Below, piece after piece: positions 14,415 to 20,000 of a stretch of DNA of 20,000 nt. This DNA is from an uncultured virus (IMG/VR IMGVR_UViG_3300044445_000196) (Duplodnaviria; Heunggongvirae; Uroviricota; Caudoviricetes). The notes beneath the pieces are model-generated. The model saw only the letters and a program-made list of their open reading frames with translations, ran no database searches and was not told the origin of the DNA. The stretch lies in IMG/VR virus record IMGVR_UViG_3300044445_000196; one strand, written 5' to 3'. Position numbers and translations under genes: made by a program. Numbering within the stretch: position 1 is the stretch's first letter; the number at the start of each line of letters is the position of its first letter.

Positions 14415-16517
14415 TCAGGCGGCGATACCCAGCTTCGTCTGCGCGTCACGGATGAGTCCCGCCATCACCTCTTTGAGGTTCATCAGCTCGCGGTCGTCGC
14501 CCACGGCGACGGAGTTGGAGTCGTCACCGAGGATGGCTGCGAGCGTCTCGCCCTTCTTCGCGAGGGTGCCCTGGATGTGTTCGTCGAGGGTTCCGAGGGC
14601 GAGGAGGATCTCGGCGTGTACGTCTCGGGTCTGACCGATCCGGTGCTGGCGGTCCATGGCCTGCAGCATCAGCGCGGGGGTCCAGTCGCTCTCGACGAAG
14701 ATCGCGTTGGAGGAGCGGGTGAGGGTGATGCCGACGCCGGCGGCGGTGATGGAGCAGATGAGCACGGGGATCTTCCCCGCCTGGAAGCCGTCGACCAGGC
14801 GCATCCGCTCGGCGTCGCTGATGCCACCGGCGATGACGCCGGTCTTCACTTTCGCCTTGACGGCCGTTTCGTGGAGGGCGGCGATGACGTCCTTGTGGTG
14901 CGCCCACACCAGGACGGGCTCGTCGGGGTTGCCCTTGACCCAGTCCTCGACCATCTCGATGGCGATGGGGACTTTCGTCATGCCGGCGGCGCGGCGCAGG
15001 TCGGAGGCGTAGCGGAGGTTGTCCTGCGCGAACTCTTCGAGCTCGTTCTCGTTCGGCCAGCGGCCGTGCTCGGTGCGCACGGCCTGGAACCACTCGATGA
15101 TCTCGTCGACGAGGGCGGTGTGCGACTTCTTGTAGTCGGTGAGGCTGACATCCAGCGGGACGGAGGTGATGTGCTTCGGGGGCAAGAACGGGAGCACGTC
15201 GGCCTTGGTCCGACGGACCCACACGTGGGCGTTGAGCTTCGCGTGCAGCGAGGGCAGGGCGGCCTTGCGGGGGTGGAAGGCGCCGAAGCGGTCGCGGGTG
15301 CAATACGCCTCGAGGAAGGGTCCGGCCCCACCGAAGACGGGTCCGAGGTGCCCCGTGAACTCCAGGATGGGGACCAGCTCGTGGGGTCCTGCGAGCACGG
15401 GGGTGCCGGTGATGGCGATTCGTCGGGCGTGGGTGGCGAGAGCGACCGTGTCGAGCACCGCCTCAGAGCGCTTGGACCCCATGGTCTTCGCGCGATGGGC
15501 TTCGTCGTAGGCGACGACGACCTTCTCGAACTGCCCCATCCAGACGCCGAGGTGGTGGATGAGGTGCGGTCGAGAGGACAGCAGTGAATCCGAGATAATG
15601 ACGACCTTGGCGCCGTCGAGGGTTGGCTCTTTCCGGCCAGCGCGGAAGGTGACGATGTCGGTCTCGTCGAAGACGCCGCTCTTCACGACCTCGCGGGACC
15701 AGTTGGTGGTCACCACCGGTGGGCAGACGATGAGGAGGGCATTCGCTCGGAGGGCGGCGGTCGCGGCGAGGCTCTGGAACGTCTTGCCGACGCCCGGCGA
15801 GTCAGCGAGGAGGGTGTGTCCGCCGGCCACACCGTACGCGCCGACGACCTGGTAGGGGAAGAGGTCTACGCCGAACGCGCCGACGGGTCCGCCGAGGTGC
15901 GCCTGGATGGACTTGATGTGGCGGGCAACCGGGCGTGGTTCGAGGGCGTTTGCGAGGGCGGCGACGTCGAGGCTGAGTTCGGGGGCGAGCAGCGGGCTTT
16001 CGGCGTGCATCTGGTGGCCGCGTTCGATGGCGCGCGGGTCCCAGTGGATTCCGGGGCGCGGGGAGGCGCCTTTGATGACGTCGACGGCGCTCATGGTTAG
16101 TAGCTCGCGGGTCTTGTCCCAGACGCCGGCGTTGTCGATGAGCTTCTGGGTGCCGTCATACCCGCAGAAGCGCGTGCGGACGAGCACGGTGCGCTGGTTG
16201 GAGGCGAGCATCGTAACCGGCATGTAGAGCTGTTCGAGAGAGACGATGCTGGAGAGCTCGCCCTCTTCGGGGATCATGAGCTCGAACCCGGCGGCTGCGA
16301 GGGCCGCGTCCGGGTTCGGTCCGAGGGAGGTGATCTCCCAAGCGTTGACGTCGGGGTTCCAGCGGCGGCCGGGGAGCTGCTTGCACCACTCCACGAGGTT
16401 CTGGCCGGTGGAGGCGTGGGTCATGCCGTACCCGAAGCGCACGACGAGTTTCGGCTGGCGGATGGTGCCGACCAGCTCGGCGGTGCCGACGGACGTGCGT
16501 GTCAGGGCATAGGTCAC
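14415..16517 (-). CDS. SNF2-family helicase/translocase with HARP-like N-terminus
   Basis: LFPYQ, Walker A ADSPGVGKT, YDEAH, ITGTP, GVGITLT, QAMDRQHRIGQ. N-terminal KQLPGRRWNPDVNAWEI is HARP-like. GTG start 10 nt after CCGCGCA. Confidence 0.9.
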   Translation of the reverse strand: MTYALTRTSVGTAELVGTIRQPKLVVRFGYGMTHASTGQNLVEWCKQLPGRRWNPDVNAWEITSLGPNPDAALAAAGFELMIPEEGELSSIVSLEQLYMPVTMLASNQRTVLVRTRFCGYDGTQKLIDNAGVWDKTRELLTMSAVDVIKGASPRPGIHWDPRAIERGHQMHAESPLLAPELSLDVAALANALEPRPVARHIKSIQAHLGGPVGAFGVDLFPYQVVGAYGVAGGHTLLADSPGVGKTFQSLAATAALRANALLIVCPPVVTTNWSREVVKSGVFDETDIVTFRAGRKEPTLDGAKVVIISDSLLSSRPHLIHHLGVWMGQFEKVVVAYDEAHRAKTMGSKRSEAVLDTVALATHARRIAITGTPVLAGPHELVPILEFTGHLGPVFGGAGPFLEAYCTRDRFGAFHPRKAALPSLHAKLNAHVWVRRTKADVLPFLPPKHITSVPLDVSLTDYKKSHTALVDEIIEWFQAVRTEHGRWPNENELEEFAQDNLRYASDLRRAAGMTKVPIAIEMVEDWVKGNPDEPVLVWAHHKDVIAALHETAVKAKVKTGVIAGGISDAERMRLVDGFQAGKIPVLICSITAAGVGITLTRSSNAIFVESDWTPALMLQAMDRQHRIGQTRDVHAEILLALGTLDEHIQGTLAKKGETLAAILGDDSNSVAVGDDRELMNLKEVMAGLIRDAQTKLGIAA

Positions 16518-16527
16518 CTGAGGGCTA

Positions 16528-16534
16528 TGCGCGG
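16528..16534 (-). promoter_or_regulatory. Upstream motif instance CCGCGCA(TAG)
   Basis: 10 nt before GTG 16517. Confidence 0.6.
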
Positions 16535-16557
16535 CGGCGGTCAGCCGCCTGCACCAT

Positions 16558-16673
16558 GGTCAGAGCCGCCCGGTTGGGAGTCATCCCGGGCGGCTCTGGT
16601 GCTTCCATGCGCGGTGCACGGTCGCGGGTGGTGAGAACCGCCCGGGCGTGGACACAACCCGGACGGCTCTGGT
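16558..16673. repeat. Two tandem copies of a 43-44 bp palindromic element
   Basis: 16558-16600 GGTCAGAGCCGCCCGG-N11-CCCGGGCGGCTCTGGT and 16630-16673 GGTGAGAACCGCCCGG-N12-CCCGGACGGCTCTGGT. Confidence 0.75.
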
Positions 16674-16678
16674 CGGTG

Positions 16679-17986
16679 TCAGCGGTTCGCGGCCGCCCAG
16701 CGCTCGTTGGCGAGCATCGTGGCGGCCATGGCCACCAGCTCGTTGCCGTAGTGCTGGCCGCCGCCGTAGCCCCGCCCGAAGTTGAACGAGCCGGCGGAGG
16801 TGCGGAAGCCGTTCTCCTCGCTCGCGCGCTGGTAGAACGCCTGCGGGATCTCGCGCGGGGTGTCGCGGTGCTTTGGGTCGAAGTCGATGCCTTCGGCGGC
16901 GTATGCCTGGACAAGGAACGCCTCGGCATCCCGGGTGGTCTCGTCGGAGAACTCGCGGTTGACGAAGATGAAGTCGGGCCCGTAGCTGACGGACTGTGGG
17001 ATGCCGTCGGCGTCGTGCTCGGCACTGCGGATGTAGTCCTTGGAGTCCGTCATGCCGTCGAACGTGGCGCCGGAGTAGGCCTTGGCGACCGGTTCGGCGT
17101 CCTGCAGGGGCGGTCCGTCGACGTAGCTGACGTGCGTGGACGAGCCTCCGGCGTAGCTGTCCCCGCGGACGGAGAACTTCGTCTTGCCGAACGCGGTCTT
17201 CAGGTCCTGGCGGATGAGCGTGTTGGTGTCCTTCAGCGACACGTGCTTGGTGGGGCGCAGACGTCGGATGGTCTGCTCAGCGCGGGCGCGGTCCTCCTCG
17301 AGCGCGTCATCCCACACGGCGTCGGTGAGGGGGCCGAGGTGCGCCTCCTGGGCGTCGCGGTTCTCCCGGTCCGCCTGCTCGCGCTCGGCGCGCGAGCGGT
17401 GGATCTCCGCCGCGGCGGACTCGCCGAGGGTGCCCTTCGCCTGCTCGGCGCGGGCCCAGTTCAGCATGTACCCGAGGCTCTCGTCGTGGTAGTCCTTCAC
17501 GTCGTACCCGCGGGCGTCGATGAGGAGGGTGATGGCGTTCTTGACGTCGGGGTCGGTCTCGCGGTCGAGAGCGCTCGGCTCGTCCGTGTCGACGGCGAGG
17601 GCGGCCTGGCGGGCCTGGTACTCCTCCTGCGTGCGGCGGTTCGCGGCGTCACGGGCGAGGCCGTCCTGGATCTCGGCGAGCGATTTCTCCGGGATGTCGT
17701 CGCGGTCGATGCCGGCACGGCGGAGCAGGTCGGACAGCTCGAGGCGCCGTGCGGTGGCTTCACGCTCTTCGGGGGTACCGGTGTAGGTGTCCCGGGTGGG
17801 TGCGTCGAGGCTCACCTGCGCGGCGGTGAGGTCGTCGTCCAGCTCGCCGAGCTCGTTCATCTCGGTGAAGATGTCGTCGAGGCTCAGCTCGGGGGCGGAG
17901 TGTTCCTGCTCGCCGAACTTGCCGTCGTTCTGACGTGCGGCCTCGCGGCGGGCGGCGAAGCGGGCGGTTGCGTCGATGAGTGCCAT
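16679..17986 (-). CDS. SAPE-tagged protein with C-terminal LPD29 (large polyvalent protein-associated) domain (435 aa)
   Basis: Begins MALIDATARFAARREAARQNDGKFGEQEHSAPELSL. IRQDLKTAFGKTKFSVRGDSYAGGSSTHVSYVDGP...ATFDGMTD...FIFVNREFS matches the LPD29 pattern as I recall it. Confidence 0.8.
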   Translation of the reverse strand: MALIDATARFAARREAARQNDGKFGEQEHSAPELSLDDIFTEMNELGELDDDLTAAQVSLDAPTRDTYTGTPEEREATARRLELSDLLRRAGIDRDDIPEKSLAEIQDGLARDAANRRTQEEYQARQAALAVDTDEPSALDRETDPDVKNAITLLIDARGYDVKDYHDESLGYMLNWARAEQAKGTLGESAAAEIHRSRAEREQADRENRDAQEAHLGPLTDAVWDDALEEDRARAEQTIRRLRPTKHVSLKDTNTLIRQDLKTAFGKTKFSVRGDSYAGGSSTHVSYVDGPPLQDAEPVAKAYSGATFDGMTDSKDYIRSAEHDADGIPQSVSYGPDFIFVNREFSDETTRDAEAFLVQAYAAEGIDFDPKHRDTPREIPQAFYQRASEENGFRTSAGSFNFGRGYGGGQHYGNELVAMAATMLANERWAAANR

Positions 17987-17996
17987 GCCGCCTATG

Positions 17997-18003
17997 TGCG
18001 CGG
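17997..18003 (-). promoter_or_regulatory. Upstream motif instance CCGCGCA(CAT)
   Basis: 10 nt before ATG 17986. Confidence 0.6.
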
Positions 18004-18024
18004 CGGCCCCGCGAGGCGTGCGGG

Positions 18025-18855
18025 TCAGCGGGTGGTTGGGGGAAGTTCCCAGAGTCCGCCATGGCGGTCGGTCTCCACGAACGCCTCGTGCTCGTGACCG
18101 CGGATGTTCGAGGCGGCCCAATCGAGCTCGTCCCAGTCCACGTCGAGGTCCTCCGCATCCGCTCCGCGAAGCTCGCTGCCGTCGGCGAAGCGGACACCGA
18201 TGGGGTTCAACCACCGCCCGCCCTGGTCGGTCTCCTCGAGTAGAAGGGTCGCGCCGGCCGGGAGATCGCGGCGGAGGGTGTCCACCAGTTGCGCGGGGGT
18301 CTGCTCGTCGACAGGCACCCGCCCGGCGTTTGCGGCGGCGTCGCGGAGGGTGTCGAGGTAGGCCTCGCGCGAGGGCTCGTCGTTCGGGTCGATGCCGGCA
18401 CGGATGACGTCACGCGATGTCGCGGTCGTACCGGGCAGGATGATGTCGAGGTCGGAGTTGTAGTGCGGGTCCGCGGCGTCGGTGATTTCCGCCTCGCGCT
18501 GCAGACGCTCGAAGTTGGTCTCGACGCGGATTTTGTGATGCCCGGCAGCGATGCCTGCGGCGTTGACTTCGGTGTTCCAGTGGCCCGGGCCGTAGCCGAC
18601 GGTGACGCTCTTGGAGTCGGGGTGGCCGGGGCCTTCATCGCGGCGCTGGACGATGCAGGGGTAGTCGCGGCCGTCCTGGGTGAGGATGACACTTGCTCCC
18701 GGCTGCAGGGTGCTCATGATGTGGCGGGCTTCGGCCAGGGTGGGTGTTCCGACGGCGAGTTCGGGGGTGCTGCGCTCGTGGGAGGCGAACGACCCGGCGT
18801 TGGAGGATGCGGTGGTGGCGCCGCGGCGGACCGCGCGCTCGTCGAAGGTGGCCAT
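18025..18855 (-). CDS. Hypothetical protein with divergent SAPE-type tag (276 aa)
   Basis: Begins MATFDERAVRRGATTASSNAGSFASHERSTPELAV. The start is 10 nt after CCGCGCA. Confidence 0.75.
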   Translation of the reverse strand: MATFDERAVRRGATTASSNAGSFASHERSTPELAVGTPTLAEARHIMSTLQPGASVILTQDGRDYPCIVQRRDEGPGHPDSKSVTVGYGPGHWNTEVNAAGIAAGHHKIRVETNFERLQREAEITDAADPHYNSDLDIILPGTTATSRDVIRAGIDPNDEPSREAYLDTLRDAAANAGRVPVDEQTPAQLVDTLRRDLPAGATLLLEETDQGGRWLNPIGVRFADGSELRGADAEDLDVDWDELDWAASNIRGHEHEAFVETDRHGGLWELPPTTR

Positions 18856-18865
18856 GCCCGTGATG

Positions 18866-18872
18866 TGCGCGG
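18866..18872 (-). promoter_or_regulatory. Upstream motif instance CCGCGCA(CAT)
   Basis: 10 nt before ATG 18855. Confidence 0.6.
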
Positions 18873-18875
18873 CGT

Positions 18876-19241
18876 TCAGTCGAAGATGGCCCACCACACG
18901 CGCACGAGGATGTTCGGTCTCGGTCGTCGAAGAGCCGCGGATGCGTTGTCGTCGGGGACCCCGGGTCGGCGGTACGGGTTCCACCGGTTGTTCGCCCACG
19001 CCTCACGGTGCCAGCGCTGATTGCGGATGAACCAGTTGTGCCGGCGGCTGCGGAACCAGATGCCCATGCGGGTGTACTCCCCCGTCTCGCAGGCAAACCC
19101 CTGGTCGCAGACGTGGCATCCCCCGCGGCCGTGGTTGGTGGCCAGCGCCGTGGACGCGAGCACGAGGACCACGAAACCGAGTGCGAGGGCGGCCGGTCCG
19201 GCGACGACACCGATCCAGAAGGAGAGCCAGTCGAAGGTCAT
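18876..19241 (-). CDS. Small membrane-anchored hypothetical protein (121 aa)
   Basis: AGGAG RBS. N-terminal TM helix FWIGVVAGPAALALGFVVLVLA followed by CHVC. Confidence 0.65.
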   Translation of the reverse strand: MTFDWLSFWIGVVAGPAALALGFVVLVLASTALATNHGRGGCHVCDQGFACETGEYTRMGIWFRSRRHNWFIRNQRWHREAWANNRWNPYRRPGVPDDNASAALRRPRPNILVRVWWAIFD

Positions 19242-19249
19242 GGTCGCTC

Positions 19250-19465
19250 CTATGCGGGGTAGACCTCGCCCGCGAACGGACCGAGGTTCCCGTGTCGCTC
19301 GCCGGCGCAGCCACAGCCGATGAGGTTCGTGCCGAAGAAGTTGAGCAAGCCCCGTCGGCAGTTGACGCACTCCCCCGCAGCGCAGGAGGGGCACACCTTG
19401 TGTTCCGCGGTCAGGGACGCGGGGCTTCCGGCAGGCGCACGCCGCCCATCGGTGACGCTCGTCAT
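19250..19465 (-). CDS. Small Cys-rich hypothetical protein (71 aa)
   Basis: GAGGTG RBS. CPSC..GECVNC...CGC...H. CCGCGCA at 19506-19512. Confidence 0.6.
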   Translation of the reverse strand: MTSVTDGRRAPAGSPASLTAEHKVCPSCAAGECVNCRRGLLNFFGTNLIGCGCAGERHGNLGPFAGEVYPA

Positions 19466-19560
19466 GGCACCTCTTTCCGCGGGCGTTCGCCCATCCACTC
19501 GCACATGCGCGGTGCCCGCGATACTGGGGGACGTGGACGAGGACGAGGCGCGGCGGGTTG

Positions 19561-19567
19561 CTGCGCA
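19561..19567 (+). promoter_or_regulatory. Upstream motif instance CTGCGCA(TGG)
   Basis: 10 nt before ATG 19578. Confidence 0.55.
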
Positions 19568-19577
19568 TGGGGACGTC

Positions 19578-20000
19578 ATGTCTGACGGTCCCGCTCGCCC
19601 CCGCCCGCGCCCGTGCGCGTCCTGCCCCTACCGACGGAGCGTCCCGTCCGGCATCTGGCACGCGGAGGAGTACGACAAGCTCCCCCGCTACGACGAGGAC
19701 ACAGCATCACAGCCGGTCGCGGTGTTCATGTGCCACCAGGGTGACGAAGCCGGGCACGTCTGCTCCGGGTGGCTCGGCCACCGAGACCCCGCCGACCTGC
19801 TCGCCGTGCGCATCGGCATCGTCACGGGCGCGCTCGACCCCACGTGCGGGGAGTACACCACCAGCGTGCCTCTGTTCGCCTCCGGGGCGGAGGCCGTTGA
19901 GCACGGGCGCCGTGACATCGAAAGCCCATCACCGGCGGCTGCTGAGGCCATCGAGAAGGTGACGGTCACGCGGGCGATGACGGGGAACCCCGTGGTCTAG
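19578..20000 (+). CDS. DUF6283-like Cys-rich protein (140 aa)
   Basis: PRPRPCASCPYRRSVPSGIW..EEY.KL..YD...FMCHQ...CSGW. Ends with TAG at 20000. Confidence 0.7.
   Translation: MSDGPARPRPRPCASCPYRRSVPSGIWHAEEYDKLPRYDEDTASQPVAVFMCHQGDEAGHVCSGWLGHRDPADLLAVRIGIVTGALDPTCGEYTTSVPLFASGAEAVEHGRRDIESPSPAAAEAIEKVTVTRAMTGNPVV

Larger units (their letters stand above)
1..20000. mobile_element. Accessory region of an actinobacterial mobile element (large plasmid, ICE or phage; type not determinable)
   Basis: Dense, mostly co-oriented small hypothetical genes mixed with typical mobile-element cargo (ArdC-N, LPD29, orphan MTase, Lsr2-like, SNF2 helicase, GIY-YIG). No housekeeping synteny. No integrase, relaxase, terminase or capsid gene in the window. 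Confidence 0.7.

Noticed and set aside
19253..19259. CCCCGCA(TAG) 11 nt before ATG 19241 as a motif instance
   Set aside because: Off-consensus, off-spacing and adjoining an AGGAG RBS and a stop codon, so not counted.
1..20000. tRNA/rRNA genes, transposase, integrase, att sites, oriT
   Set aside because: None recognisable. Intergenic gaps are mostly too short and no matching motifs were seen.

Overview
High-GC, actinobacterial-looking accessory DNA, most likely part of a large plasmid, ICE or phage; the window has no replication, conjugation or virion genes to decide which. I call about 28 tightly packed CDSs, 25 of them on the minus strand. Recognisable products: a VWA protein (partial), a J-domain/kinase-like fusion, a GIY-YIG nuclease, an ArdC-N-like ssDNA-binding protein, thioredoxin reductase, an orphan Dam-like adenine methyltransferase, a secreted BspA/DUF285 repeat protein, an Lsr2-like protein, a SNF2 helicase, an LPD29 protein and a DUF6283-like protein. 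Two hidden patterns organise the region. (1) Ten otherwise unrelated proteins share a ~25-aa N-terminal tag, (HPR|AAR)-x3-4-G-x-F-x5-6-[ST]APE-x2-hydrophobic. (2) A short DNA motif, CCGCGYA-YR, lies upstream of most genes, 9-10 nt before the start codon in 12 cases, like an element-specific leaderless promoter with no -35 box. The motif variant ending GYACAT occurs in front of the tagged genes or tagged operon, and the other genes have GCATR. Together these suggest a co-regulated, tag-addressed set of cargo proteins. All family assignments come from recognising motifs by eye; no database search was run.
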